Part shown: piece after piece, positions 24,185-38,517 of the stretch
How the letters are laid out: each line of letters begins with the position of its first letter
Numbering within the stretch: position 1 is the stretch's first letter
Made by a program: the position numbers and the translations under genes
The notes under the pieces: generated by a model
What the model was told of the DNA's origin: nothing
Seen by the model: the letters and a program-made list of their open reading frames with translations, nothing else
The model's database searches: none
Assembly: GCF_002571385.2 (NCBI RefSeq)
Contig: NW_019217819.1
Span: 44,273 to 108,272, forward strand
Direction of reading: 5' to 3'
Length of the DNA: 64,000 nucleotides
From: Stylophora pistillata
Taxonomy: Eukaryota

Positions 24185-27100
24185 ATGCCCTCGAACAAAA
24201 AAAAATGGGCGAAAAACTTCGACAGACGAGAACGAAAGCGGGAAGAAACCGAAGGTATTATAAAATATTTCACACCATGACTGATGTAAATACCCGGCTT
24301 ATCATTATTGACCATTATTAAGTAGTTCATGGCCGGGGGTTTAAGCTTAAGGGGGAATCTCCGTTATTACTCATCCCCCGTAACATTTAATAATTCTGTG
24401 GATGTGTTTAATGTTGTCTCTTTACTATTTAGATTCACTACTTTTCTTTAACTACTCTTAAGAAAATTTTTTGGAGTTGTTATTTTATTTTTAGGGCGAT
24501 TAAAATAACAATTGAAAGTTCATTGGGTAAGACTGCATGGCATTGGCACCATTTAGAGGCATGTCCCTCGTTTTCTTTCTTTTTGTGTTCAGAACCGACC
24601 CACTCGCCGAGTTCGAACCTCCCGGCTCCCAACTCCTTCCTCCACCTATTTTCATAGTCCTTTTTACAGTTGTGGGCTTGGTGGCCAAGCCTTTGAACAG
24701 GAGTGAGGCTTAGGGTGAGCTTGTTATGATAGAGATGTTGCTGCTTTTCAAATGCAAATTACTTTGTGATCATGCTAACTAGATACAGGTGTCTATCACA
24801 ACAGGGTCACCCTTAGCCTCACTCCTGTTCAAAGGCTTGGCCACCAAGCCCACGACTGTAAAAGGGACTATTCAGATTTAGTTAAGTCTGGGTATCTTTT
24901 TCCTGTGCCCTCATCTTTGCTCAAGCTCATAAAATGAATTAATATTTCAGAAATTAATCATAACTATTACAATTCCATTTAATGTGATTAGTGAATTACC
25001 TCCTTTATTTTCTTAATACTATAATCAGACAGCGTAACCGTACAGTTGGCTGTAATCGGACAATTGTAATCGGACAGTTAAAGCAACCAATCATACTTAG
25101 TCCAATTAGCTAATCCACCAATCACAGAATTAATTAATATAACCATAGCAACAACTACTTATCCTAAAAGACTTAGGAACTTTCCAAATGAAGGAAGTTT
25201 CACTTTAATTATTGTCTCTACTAGATTTTCCCTAAACGTATTTTTTTTTTCTCGGAAATTGTAATGGTTATGATTGATTGGTAACAGAACTTCGTGTCGT
25301 CCAATTCGGTTTGTAATTATACTCGTGACTGACAAATCGAACTCCCGCTTCGAACCCGTCTTAGTTAGTCCCCTCTACTAACTATGATCACTCGTACGAT
25401 TAAAGTACGAATTGGACTCCACTCGGTCATATTACCATTATTAATAGAACTGTGTTAGACATAGCCCATTTATGTTTGGCTGGTTTTTACTGCTCTTTGC
25501 TAAAAGAAATTTATCTAACTATAATCTCGTAGTTGTATCTATTTCCGGCTGAAAAAGGAGAGATATAGGAACGTTTTAATAGTCCTCTGTACAACTTGGA
25601 TGCCCGTTTTTCATTTGTAATGACAAACAATTGAATTTCGTTGGAACGTGACTTGCTGCTTGCATTGCAGAATCTGATGCAACTTCAAAAAGAAGGGAAG
25701 AGGAACAAGCCAAATCTTCACCAGAGACAGAAGGTCCTCAGGTGTCTCAACTAGGCAGAGGTGCCTGTGGAACATCTGCTGATAAAGTACCAGGTATAGA
25801 AAGGCTTTTCCATCTTAAGAACAACTGATATCTCCCGGCTCGTATCATCTCAATGTCCGCTCTCAATTCTAAGAAACTATAGGAGTAGTGTTTGTTGCTC
25901 AAGAATCTTAAAGCACTAGCTTGATTATCTTTTACACTAGTTTACTTTAAAGACAGTAGATAGCATTTGCAATGTAATTAGGCAACTTATTAAGATTTTT
26001 TTAACGAAAATGTTCAAACAGAATTTCGGAAAGAAAATGTATGTTCCATTGGCTCATTTCCTGGTCATCTCGCTGTCGCTGACAACTTTCGGTTACTTAG
26101 CTTGCATACGGTCTAGTGCCTTTTGGTCGTTTTCACTTTCGTCTGATTAACTTGGGTTACATCTGAATCAGAAACTTGCTTTAAATTTGTACCTGCGAAA
26201 TAGGAACCCTTTGGTGTAATCTGCGTGATTCCAGTCTAACTCACCCTCGCTCCAAAGTCTCAGGGGAATCTTCAGATTAATTCCCTTTCTTGTAAGTTTA
26301 TCTCGTGGATAGTTTGGAATTTGTAATTAAAGTTGGCCGTCGCAATTCACAAGTAATATATGAATCAATCTGCAAGCATGATTTTTAGAAATTACCGGTG
26401 AAATGGAACATGCCCCTGTTCTGGAGATTTCTATTTGAGGTTCTGATGCGTCCTAATTAATACAACCGTCCACCACCACCAATTTTTATGATTGAATGCT
26501 GAAAAAACCAATGGTTCATCAGCAGAGACTTCTAAGGTTGTCGATTTAGTATTAAGTAACCAATAAGATGGTTAATGCATAAAGCTTTGTAAGTAGGTGT
26601 AATAGAATGCTCTGCTTACTCAAGGTGATAAAACTGCAGAAGACAAACAAGACCACAGAGGCCGCTTTAAAAGAAAGCATTGGGACGGTAGAAAGAATAA
26701 ACAACACAGACGACACCAGGGCAGAGAAAAAGCCTCTCAAGGTGAGTGGAAAATGTTCGCAGTACCAAAATAATACAATTTTGAGTTTCATCCGATTAAA
26801 AAGAAGTACTTCAAGTAAAATGCTACGGCAAGTTATTCACATGGTTGGCATTGAGAGGAAGCAACTCTTGGAAGGTGAGATGAAGATCGAGAGGAACCAC
26901 ACGCACGGTAAATAGTTATTAAATCAATCATTCTGCATGAGTGCAATGCAATTCGAGAAATGCAAATTCGTAGTGCCTCAATAGTTTAGTCCGAACATGG
27001 CGTTGCTCAAATTCTGTAAACAGATAAAAGTATCTACTGTGCTCACAAATTAGTAGTCGTTATCCACTTGGAAACCTGTTGGACCCCACAGATTTTAAGC

Positions 27101-30100
27101 TTCTCTTGCCATTTTTATTTGTCCATCTATCTTTCAATCAAGGACCCGATTGTGAAATTTATTGTTATTACTTAAGGGCCTGCTCACAAAATTTTTCAAG
27201 GAGTTCGCCTTTGTGATCTTTAATCAAACGCCCTTAAAAAAGAGTTTGATACGTTTGACTGACTACATGATATTTGATTTTTTTTATGTTAGCTGTTGTT
27301 TCTCCTATATGCTTGTTATTCCTCATGTCCAACATCTTAGTTGCATAGAACATTCTTAACACCTCAATAAGTCTAACATACAAGTTGCATAGACCATTCT
27401 TAACATCTTAATAAGTTTTAGACAATTTCTTAGTTAAATGGATTTTGGTCCTCCTGAGTTTTGTAGGCTTCAAGGACCATTTCCTTGAGATACTCAAATA
27501 AAGAGCTAAGTGAGCGATAATACCCTCAGGGTCTTCCAAAGTGCGTACTTTTAACTTGCTATGGATGCTCTGAAAAGAGCTTGACAGCCCCTGAGCTGGT
27601 TTCAAGGTTTAGAGACTCGTGTCATTTAACATCTCTGAAAACGAGTCACTCAGAAAGGGACTGTAATGATATCCTGTCAATATCTCACCGTAAGGATAAA
27701 TTTTGAATTTAACGGAATAATTTTAGATACTGAAGCTACGACTGAATCAAGTCAGACGGGTGCAGAGAAGAAAACAACACCGCAAGAAGAAAGGCCAGCC
27801 CCTCAAAAGGCAAGTGGAAGCTCAGTAGACAACGCACTGATTGAGCGCAATACTCGAGGTGAGTGGCCTCTCGAGATCTTTAGATATCAAGGTAATTAAG
27901 GGTACAAATCATTATATTAGTTATCATATTAGTCATTATCCATTCCCGTAGGAAAAAGGAGCAAGGGGAGAACGTACACCCCACCCGCCCCTCCCATTTC
28001 CAAATTCGTTCCTTAGGGTCTGTAATCAATCGCTAATGAACCAAACGAAGCGGCCATTTACTCCTGAACTTCGATGTCTTTAGTAGTGTTTAGTCCTCTA
28101 CGTTCGTGGGCAATTTCTACTACAAATATCAAATCTACTGGATAATTGTCTTTCTAAAACAACATTCTTTCGTAGATGACAACGTTAATAAACAAAGGAG
28201 ACAAGTTTACGGAGACTCATCACGGTGCGTGGTGTCACCATCATTTGACAACGGAAAACGTTCAGGTAATGGTTAAGTTGGAATTCTAGGCTATAATTAC
28301 TTGTTAAGGTTTTGATTTAAAAAAAAATTTAGATTGAACGCTTGCTCACATACTTTTAACCAAAGCTTGCAATACGATCCCATCGGCATTTGATAACTAT
28401 TTCCACTCCTATCCAGTACATGTCTTTGTCCCTCGAAGCTGCGCAGCAACGAGGGTTGTTGAGAGAAGGATTATTAAATAACCGGAGACAAAAATGCGCA
28501 CGATGTGCATCAAAAGGAGAAAGGAGAAAAATGTGTCGTAAAAAAATAAGCAAAGACCTTCTAACATGCTCTTTGAAACCTATTAGTATGATTAAGCTAC
28601 GTTTACAACATTAACTGTAAGCTTGTGCTGATTTCCGATAGAGTTACCCATTTCTCCGCTGATTTTGAGAAATTCAAACGCCCAACGATCAACTTATTTT
28701 GAAACACATTGCCTTGTAATACAGGTCAAACACGAGCGCAACAGGGAAGAACACCTTTTCCAGGAAATAAGACTGTCCTTTCCTCGTCACAGGAGAAAGC
28801 ACAGGCGCCTTTGAGAGGCGTTTTACCAGAGAAAAGTATTTTGAACTTGAAAATATTAAAAGAGAAGGAAGGTACCGATATCGTACAAATATTAAATGAG
28901 AGTATGCCTCGCTTTAAATATTTTCTACAGTCGGAAGAGGAGCAGCACAACAGAGATGAATTCATCTTTGATCTTACCTGCATATTAGAGAGAGTATGCC
29001 TAAAGCCAATTAACGAGAACGTGATCAAAATTTTCACGGCGCTTAAAGGTTCTATTTTTTTGAGATCAAAGATTCCATGCCTGCTAGATCGTATTCAAGA
29101 CTCAGAAACCTTAAATAACCAAGAATCCCGAAGAACACTTATTCAATACCTGATCAAAATATTCACACAGTTTTTGACGCCTTTCCCCAGTTCTTATGCT
29201 GACCTGCCCTATGAACAATTGAAACGAGCCTTAGATGAAACAAGCTTTGACAGAAAAGAGGAACTTGAGAAGGAGCTTGAGGTCTTTAAACAATACAGAG
29301 ATAATATCATTATAGCTGAGAGACAAAAGCGAGGACAACGTTACACAAACGTGATTGGACAAAAGCCGCCTAATGACTTCAGGGATTTGCCGATTTGTCC
29401 AACAAACAAAGAAATTACTTCTCAAGAGCGACCTTTCCTGCGTAAGAACATTTCAAAGGGAAGATATGACGATGTTGGACACTACCTCGATGTACAATTT
29501 CGGTTGCTAAGAGAGGATTTTCTCGAGCCGTTAAGGGAAGGAATTTATGAGATTACCCACAACGTCCCTAGAGGACGGCGCAATCAGTCAATGAAATGCT
29601 ACCAAGGAGTTCGCGTTGTTGGAAAGAATTTCACTCTCTCTGGCGTTATTTACAAAGTTCAACTTGAGAATTCCAAGTTTGCCAAGGCATTATTGGCTCA
29701 CTCAAAACGGCTCATTTTTGGTTCATTCGTTTGCCTTTCGAAAGACAACTTCCATACCATGCTCTTTGCCACGGTTGCCAATCGAGATCCAAAGGATGTG
29801 GATGAAGGTAAATTTGATATCCGATTCGTCGAAGATCAAAATGTTTTTGATATCGAAAAGCGTCAAGAGCGGTACCAGATGGCTGAGTCTCCTGCGTATT
29901 TTGAGGCGTATTATTATGTGCTCAAGGGACTTCAAGAACTAAACGAAAACAGCATGCCTTTTCCAAAGTACTTGGTTGGATGCAGTGCCGAGGTGGACCC
30001 ACCAAAGTATCTCAGACGCGATAGCAACCAGGATCCCGTATGTTACGATCTCACGAAAGCCCTTGCTGTAAGTCATGCAGTAGGGTTACAGAAGGTACCT

Positions 30101-33100
30101 GTGCTCGAGCCCGAAGCTTGGCCATCCGCTGAGAAACTTCCTCTTAACATTTCTCAGCTTGAAGCGCTAAGAGCAGGAGTTACTACCGAGTTCTCCGTAA
30201 TTCAAGGGCCTCCCGGAACAGGGAAGACCTATGTTGGAGCCAAGATCGCAAGATGCCTTCTTGAGAACCGGAAACAATGGGATCCTGAGAAAGCATCCCC
30301 GATGTTGATGGTCTGCTTCACCAATCACGCTCTGGATCAGTTCCTTGAAAAAGTGCTAGAATTTAACCGGGAGAAAGGCGCGATAATTCGAGTTGGGGGA
30401 AGATCCAAAAGCCAAAGTCTTGAAGGTTGCAATTTGAAACTATTCGTAAAGGATAACAGACGACGTGGCAAACGAGGCTTCATTCATTGGAAATTAAAAG
30501 ACAATTTAAGTGAAATGGAAAATGTCAAGAAAACAATTCGTAAAGCTGACATAGACCTTCTGGAGTTCAGAGTTTTGGAAGACGGCATGAACTCGCTTCA
30601 TGTGGACCAACTTTATGGCTCTTTGTTTCCACCAAACGCAACAATCGAGTGCCAAAATATTCGCAATACTTTTAAATTGTGGCTGTGCGATGACTCTCGG
30701 TTAAATAATATGAATCAGCCGTCAGATGGATCAACAAAGAACAACCATGCTGATGAAGTGGATGGATCAATTCTTCAAGAGAAGGATAAAAGTGTTGGTG
30801 ATCAAGTTCCTGATGATTTTCGAGCACCATTCGACATGTGCGTTACAGATAAACCCCCGCGACTGAAGGCAAGGAGTTCTGATGAAGTAAAAGTTGAAGA
30901 ACGACATGAAGGCCTTGAAGCCACAACCACTAGAGAAGATGAAGCAACGCGGATACAAAATCAAAGACGCCTAGTAGGCGAAGAAGAATGTATATCAGCA
31001 ATTCAACTACCCGACAAAGAAAACTGTCAAGTTGAAGATGACGAGAATGATAATGAAACTTGCGAAGGTTGGATAGAGGTCTCATATATGAAGCCGTCCA
31101 GACGAAAGAGGAATGAACAGAGGAAAGATCACAGTACTGAATTTAGAAGTAGCCTCGGCACACAGACGACCAGTAAAAAAAGAAAGAAAAAGAAAAAAGG
31201 AGCAGTCAAGATAGATCTTGGAGCAGACACAAGCAAAATAAACAAGAAGTTGCAAAAGCTAAAAATGATGTCGGATGAAGAAGCCATGAATGTGCCGGAT
31301 ATTTGGTCCCTATCAGAAGACGACAGACTCCGATTGTACCTTTACTGGGCGGAATGTTACCGTAATCGCCACAGAATGGAAGTCCAAGGATATGAACGAA
31401 AGCACGAGCAGCTTTGTGCGGAGTTAGAAGAGGTGAGAGCAGAAGAGGAGGAAGAAGTCATACGTAAAGCAACTGTTGTTGGAATGACAACTAGTGGTGC
31501 TGCAAGATACCACTCCATGCTCCAAAAAATAGGCCCCAAAATTGTTATTATCGAGGAGGCAGCCGAAGTTATGGAGGCGCACATCATCACTTCTTTATCA
31601 CGTGATACAAATCATGTTATACTCATCGGAGACCACAAGCAGTTACGCCCGAAAGCAACAGTCTATGAACTGGCCCAGAAATACAACCTAGAAATTTCCT
31701 TGTTCGAAAGAATGGTAGTGAACAGCATGGATTGCAAACAGCTGAACATACAGCATCGCATGCGCCCTGAGATTGCAGCACTGACTAAACGGTTTTACGA
31801 TCATGAGATACTGGATCACGAAACAGTGTGCAAATTCGAGGATATAGTTGGCGTATCGAAGAATATGTTCTTTGTTGATCACTGTCAACCCGAGAGCCTA
31901 AATGGGAATCTGCAGAGTTTCTCTAATCCTCACGAAGCCACCTTCTTGAAATCCCTATGTAAGTATCTTCTACAGCAAGGTTACAAACCTTACCAAATTA
32001 CAATTCTAACCATGTACATCGGCCAGCTACTTCTTCTTCAAGAAAAAATGCCACGTAATCAATTTGAAGGAATCAAAATTTGTGCAGTAGACAACTTCCA
32101 AGGAGAAGAAAATGACATAATTCTTCTGTCATTGGTGAGAAGCAATGCAGAGGGTCGAATAGGTTTCCTTAGTGAATCCAACAGAATTTGTGTTGCTTTG
32201 TCACGAGCACGCAAAGGATTTTACTGCATTGGAAACCTCAACATGCTAAGACGCCAGTGTCAAGTGTGGGAGGGGATATGCCATGATTTAGACACAAAAA
32301 GTGCAATTGGCGAAACCCTTGAACTTACTTGCCAGAGACACAAGAACGTGGAATTTGCGAGAGACTCAGAGGACTTTCCGAAGTATGGAGGATGCTGGAA
32401 GCCGTGTGGGGAACGTCTTGAATGTGGCCATGCTTGTGACAGGCCTTGCCATCCGTCAGACCTGTATCATTATGATCAATGTCGAAAAGTGTGTTTCAAA
32501 AGTTGCCCCAACGAACACCAGTGTGAAGACGTTTGTCATCACCCAAGACCCTGTCCTGATTGTTATCACGGTATGACCAAAACAGTACCTCAGTGTGGGC
32601 ACGAACAGTCCATACCATGTTGTGTTGCTCCTGCAAAGTTTTCTTGTCTAGTGAAATGCGAGAAGGTGCTTCAATGTGGACACAACTGCAGAAAAAAATG
32701 CGGGGAGGTTTGCACAGATAAATGCAAAGTCAAGTGTGTAAGAACTCTCCAGTGTGGGCACAATAAGGAGGTGGCATGTCACCTTGATCCAACTACTGTA
32801 GAATGTCATAATGACTGCAAGAAAGTTTTGGAATGTGGCCACCCTTGCACAAAAAGATGTAAAGACGAATGCCAGTGTAACGCGGAAATTATAGTTCAAC
32901 TACCGTGTAAGCATATGAAACGAGTTTTGTGCCACAAGAAAAATGAATCATTCGAGTGCATCGAGAGATGCAGACGAACTTTGGACTGTGGTCATGAGTG
33001 TCCTGGAATCTGTTATGAGGACTGTAGAGTGGATCTATGCCACGTAAGCGTGATTAAAGAACTTCCCTGTGGGCACCAACAAAGCGAACCTTGTAGTGTT

Positions 33101-36100
33101 GACCCCAGAAGTGCTTTTTGTTACAATCCTTGTCAGAGACGATTGGATTGCGGTCACAAATGCCCGTCAGTATGTGGCCGTCAATGCAAAGAAGTCAAAT
33201 GTGAGGAGTTGTGCCAAGCCAAGTGCGCAAGAGGTCACGCATGCCAAAAGGTGTGCCACTTTGGTCGTTCGTGTGATGCCTGCATGGTGGTAGTCAATAT
33301 GTCAATTCCCACATGTGGACACACAGTCGAGGTGCCCTGTCACTTAGATCCGAAATCAATCAGCTGTGGTAAACCATGCCAAAGATCAAGAGTATGTGGA
33401 CACCCTTGCTCAAGTATTTGTAGTAAGAAATGTGAAGCTCGGCCATGTACAGAGCTTGTGAGCAGAAAGTTACCGTGCGGTCACATGGTGGATTTACCTT
33501 GCCACAAAAATCCCTCAAAGCATAAATGCACGGAAAGAATTGAAATTGACTTGCCTTGTGGTCACAAAATGTACTGCGAGTGCTGTGTTGCGCAGGGAGC
33601 AGAAAAAAAACCATTGTGCAACGTGAAAGTAGAGAAAGAGCTCCCTTGTAAACACAAACTTACTCTTCCTTGTCACAAAGAAGCTGATGGTTGCAAATGC
33701 AAGAAGAAAGTTGATGTTGAACTATCATGTGGACATAAGAAGTCTCTCGTTTGCTTCTCTTTGAAAAAGGATTTGCAAAATGTTTCCTGCGTGGTTAAAA
33801 CGACAAGAAAACTACTATGGGGACACGAAACAATTCTCCCATGCTATTTCAATCCAGAGGAATACTCCTGTCAAAAAGAAGTTCAACTTACCCTTTCCTG
33901 TGGACATGAGCAGCTGACAACGTGCTCGAAAATGAAAACTAAATTGACAAAGGATGAATGTAACGAAATGGTAACGATGAAATTGCCTTGTGGTCATGAA
34001 AAGCAGTTAAGGTGCTCTGAACGACAAGAAGGAAACCTCTGTGATGCTCCAAGTGATCATTTACTTATGTGTGAAGAAGAAGTTCAACTTACCCTTTCCT
34101 GTGGACACAAGAAGCACACAACATGTTCTAAAATGAGAAATGGATTGGAAAAAGATGAATGTAACGAAAAGATTCCTATGAAATTGCCCTGTGGTCATGA
34201 AAAGAAGGTGAGGTGCTCTGAAGGACAAAACGGAAATATTTTCTGTAATGCCCGTTGTGAACGCTCTCTTCCGTGTGGACACCGTTGTCAGAAGAAATGC
34301 GGTGATGATTGCGCTTCTTCCAAATGCGCTGTGGAAGTTCAGAAGGATTTAGCCTGTGGAGTCCATAAAGTCAGCTGCCTCTGCTCTGAGAATGTGTCCC
34401 AAGTCGTTTGTACATATAAGTGCAAGCGGAAGTTACCCTGTGGTCACGTATGTCCTGGAAAATGTTCAGAGAAATGTAGTCAGTACAAATGCCGCAAGAA
34501 AATGTTCAAACAGCTCAACTGCGCAGGAGGCCACTCTCTCCAAATGAAGTGCAGTGACAATCCCAACGATGTCAAATGCGCGGAGAAATGCAGCAGAAAA
34601 CTTGGTTGTGGTCATCTGTGTCCGGGCCTTTGTAGCGAGGAGTGTGAAAATATGAGATGTATGCAGAGAATTGAAGATAAATTTCCCTGTGGTCACAAAA
34701 TGGACAATGTTCGATGTTTTGAACGAAGAACTGCTACTTGCACCGCTCCTTGTCAGCGACAGAAGAGTTCGTGCAAACATCGCTGTAAAGGAGTTTGTGG
34801 AAAAGACTGCTCTAATTATCCTTGTGATGAGGTTGTGAAGAAAGTCCTGTCTTGTGGCCATAATATCGAGATGCTTTGCCGGCAGTCTATCCATGAAGTG
34901 CAGTGCCCAGCTGAATGTAAAGCAAAGTTGCCATGCGGTCACTATTGTTCGGGAACATGTTACGATTGTCAGGAGAGAGGTTCACATGAATTTTGTCAAC
35001 ATCAATGCGGGCGATTACTTATTTGTTTACATCGTTGCAAAGGTGTTTGTGGCGAGCCTTGTCCTCCCTGTAACCAGAGTTGTGCCAAAAGTTGTCCCCA
35101 TGGAAAATGTAAAAAGCCTTGTTCACAGCTTTGTGATTCTTGCACTGAATTGTGCACATGGAGTTGTCCACATTATCAGTGCAAGAATCTTTGTGGAGAA
35201 GAATGCGACCGCCCGCCATGTAATGCTCCCTGTCCCAAGAAGCTCCCTTGTCAGCACCCATGTATTGGCTTGTGTGGGGAAAACTGTCCAAAGCTGTGTG
35301 CCATATGTGATGCCAAAAAGCTCTCCTCCACATTAGCTGCTGGAGGTTATGCTAAAACGGAAGACGTGAGGTGTCTTCAACTTCTTGAATGTGGTCACAT
35401 CATGAGTGTTGAAGCGATGGATGCGTGGATGGTGCGTAAACTGGGTGACGATCTACAACTTCTACGATGCCCCAAGTGCTCAAGGTCGATAACATTCAGC
35501 TATCGTTACGGAAATATTGTCAGAAGGACTCTGAAAAACGTTGAAAACGTGAAGACACAAATACAAAAACTTGAAGCAGAGGTTAACAACGCTGTCATTC
35601 TTTTAGCAAAGGACATCGATGCAACTCAGAAGCATGGTGTGAGATACAGAAAGAAGTTTGGACAAACAGACTTTGCCTGTGCACGTTCTATCCCGTGGAA
35701 GTGGAATCCTTTCAATTTGCCGCGTAGAAATCGCACTATTGTTTTCAAATGTACGTTTAAAAATCATTTGATGATCCTTCAACAAGTGAGGAAGACAGAA
35801 ACCGTCCTGGAAAACATCCAGGCATGCCGGGAGGTAAGCGAACAATCGAATGGAATCAAAGATGCCTTGAAAAACATTGAACAGGATCTTGAAAACCCAG
35901 AGCTTGATTTGGAAACATTAAGTCAGATTCACGAGCAGACCAAAAAGTTCTTCCTATTTTCTCAAGCTTTACAGGCCCAGGTCATTACTCTGATGCCTCA
36001 GATTTCCTTATCAAGCAGTGGTGTAGAGCGATTGTGGCTGGCACACGTACGGCTTAAGAAATTTCTCCAAGGGAACGATGACACTCTAGATATTGACTGG

Positions 36101-36319
36101 CTGGAAACAATCGTCAATTTGCTTAGAAAAGAGGTGAAACTTGCACCACTGCCGAAAGAAGCTCCAGACTTCACAAATTTTCCTGGTTACCAAAGAGGTA
36201 TGTGGAAATTATGCGAGAAAGACCACGCATTCTACATCGGGTGCATTGTGCGAAGAGGGAAAACCATCCCCGTTGGCAGCGAGGGCTGCACGTTGTGTGC
36301 GCTTGAAGAAAACGACTAA
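24185..36319 (+). CDS. ZNFX1: ZNFX1-like protein, copy C (~2708 aa). Exons 24185-24254, 25671-25793, 26625-26741, 27727-27858, 28176-28265, 28725-36319
   Basis: The 2536-aa ORF has intact helicase motifs and ~35 fingers. The start context CACCATGCC matches copy B. All mini-exons are open, phase 1-1 and bounded by AG/GT. Confidence 0.93.
24654..24871. mobile_element. MITE (~218 bp, ~75-bp TIRs) in a copy C intron
   Basis: ATAGTCCTTTTTACAGTTGTGGGCTTGGTGGCCAAGCCTTTGAACAGGAGTGAGGCT and its reverse complement mark the two ends. No coding capacity. Confidence 0.85.
25255..25443. repeat. Interspersed repeat relic with internal TCCAATTCG/CGAATTGGA inversion, possibly a non-autonomous Crypton-type family
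   Basis: The internal inverted motifs are visible. The family assignment rests on recollection of coral repeats only. Confidence 0.4.
33869..34270 (+). repeat. In-frame 201-bp tandem duplication of two zinc-finger units in copy C
   Basis: AGAAGTTCAACTTACCCTTTCCTGTGGACA occurs at 33877 and 34078. The peptide EVQLTLSCGH...KDECNE...MKLPCGHEK..RCSE occurs twice. Confidence 0.92.
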
Positions 36320-37014
36320 ACATCCCAAGTACGTTTATATCCCAACTGGTTTGTGTACGAATTTAGCCGAGACGCCATTTCTGAAGGTCAAGGAAGTGGC
36401 CAGCAAAACTATTGAGGACACAAAATAACTTACCAGAGGGTTCCAAATGCAATATGCAAGACTTAAAAAATACAAATGAAAACTACGATGGACTCCTCGA
36501 CAATAAAAATGAAAAACCTCATAAATGAAGCAAGCTGAATGATGAACATCTTTCCCTATTAAAGTAAAGAGTGAAAAGAACATCGGTGCGAATAGACCAC
36601 ATCAGAAAAAACATTACAACCAACTTTAGAAAACGACCTTAATGGAATGAAAGAAGGATTGGTAAGAGGGTTTATCACAAGTTCTCAAGGTTTATCCTCA
36701 AATTTTTAGCAAAACATCTGTATCGTGATTCTCCTTGAAACGGAATAGAATAGTCGATGAACAAAATTTGAATGTCCTTTTGTTCGCCAAGCAACTAACT
36801 TTCAGTGAAATAATTTTTAAGAAAACTTATTTGAATTTCAAAATTAATGAAAGATGGTACACAAAACCAATCATAGATGGTAAATAAAGAAATTCAAACT
36901 TTTCATGAGATAACTCGTACATTTTTATGAACAAGAAAAATGAATAGCCAAATAGCCTACTCAGTAGGAGATTGACATGATTGCCTCAAATAAGCAATTT
37001 TTTTCAGAAAGAGT

Positions 37015-37545
37015 ATATATATTTATTATCCAACTACACTCCGTAGAGTACAAATAACGCCATAGACGGGAACAAGTATCACGCGGTATTTGTACTCCAG
37101 AGAACCGGTTGGACAGGTTTTCTCGCATCGCGCAAGCATAGAATTGGATTGAAGTTACGAAAATAAAAATGGCGCACAATTTGAATCATATTTCTGACGA
37201 CGAAGAGGCGGAATGGCTGGCAAAAATATATCCAAGTTTATTAAATGAATCAAACGAAGAAAAACAGCTAGACAACTAGGATATTTCTTCATTTATTGTA
37301 GAAAATAGAAACAGTAACACGACAACGCACCACTTCCGTTCCGCTTCGCATACTTCTGTCACGCACTCCTCGTAAATAAATATCCGCGAAATTTGGCGTG
37401 TTGGATAATAAATAACTTATTAGACGTTTTGCTGTGTAGTATCGCTGAGTATTTTTACTCGTTATTTGTATTTTGACTCGCCCTACGGTACAACTCGTAA
37501 AAATACTCAGTGATACTACACAACAAAACGTCCAATGAGATATAT
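37015..37545 (+). mobile_element. Non-autonomous Crypton-like relic
   Basis: TATTTATTATCCAAC (~37020) is inverted as GTTGGATAATAAATA (~37400), and there is a terminal ~45-bp hairpin at 37420-37535. The remnant peptide DISSFIVENRNSNTT resembles the F..NxNT N-terminus of Crypton/DUF3504 recombinases. Confidence 0.5.
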
Positions 37546-38299
37546 ATTTTTTCTTGATAACGCAGTTTCATTTATGATGCAATAAATAGTTCTCATAAAG
37601 GGATTAGTGTGATGTCCCCCTCTTTGTCCTGAGTTTTCTTTTAGGCAATCACTTTTCCTTGTACCAAAAAGGGTTCCCTTGAATAAGAGAGTTGTAACAG
37701 CATTTATAACAACACGACGAATGTTCCATAACACGTGAAGTTTTTGCCGCCAAAAGGAACAGAAGAAACTTCACAATTGAATTACTGACTAATCACGGTA
37801 AAAATCGATTAATGGTTCTGTTTTGTCCATTCGTCATCTGATGATCAACTTCATCGAAACCCTCAAGGGTCCTTGAGTGCTTAAACGCAAGAAAGTGGGT
37901 GCGACCCAATCTCTCTCCGTTAGTAGGTTAACTAATCTATAGATGCTCACATGCGAAGCTACGTGACAAGCTAGAGGCTAGGGGGGGTGGGATGGCAAGA
38001 TTTTGAGTGAGACTAAACAAATATCCTGATCCTGCTCTACAAGAATTAAAATTGTCAGGACCCCTCCAGTTGTAATTGCAAAAATAGCTAGCCCCTCCTC
38101 CCCTAGGACTATCAAGGCAGCTAGGTTAAAAGAAGTGAAAAATATCTTTCAAATATTTCATTTTATTGCAAAAATACCTTAACAATGCAGTTCTAGAGTT
38201 TAAAATCTAAAGATGCTTAACAAATGGTAAACACCACAGCGTACACTATTGAGTTATGGATGCACGCGGGAGGTTGCTAAGCACGAAAGAAGTGTAAGA

Positions 38300-38517
38300 A
38301 TTTAGCTTCCATTTATTCGGGATGAATCAATGGAGGTCCCGTCTCCTGCAAGGTTAGGGGCAGGAGACGTTAATTTCCCACGCACGAGATTACTGTGTGA
38401 TGGATGTCCTCCCCTGGACTCGGATCGGTGAGTTTACAGGGCCCGCATTAATTGCCGCAAGCTGTTGCGGTGTCCCTGCCTGTCGGCGAAGCTAGTAAAA
38501 ATAAAAATAAAATAAAA
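38300..38517 (+). mobile_element. SINE-like 3' segment with structured body and (AAAAT)n tail
   Basis: A GC-rich island with hairpins CGTCTCCTGC/GCAGGAGACG and CCGCAA/TTGCGG and complementary ends TAGCTTC/GAAGCTA, followed by an A-rich tail. Confidence 0.45.
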
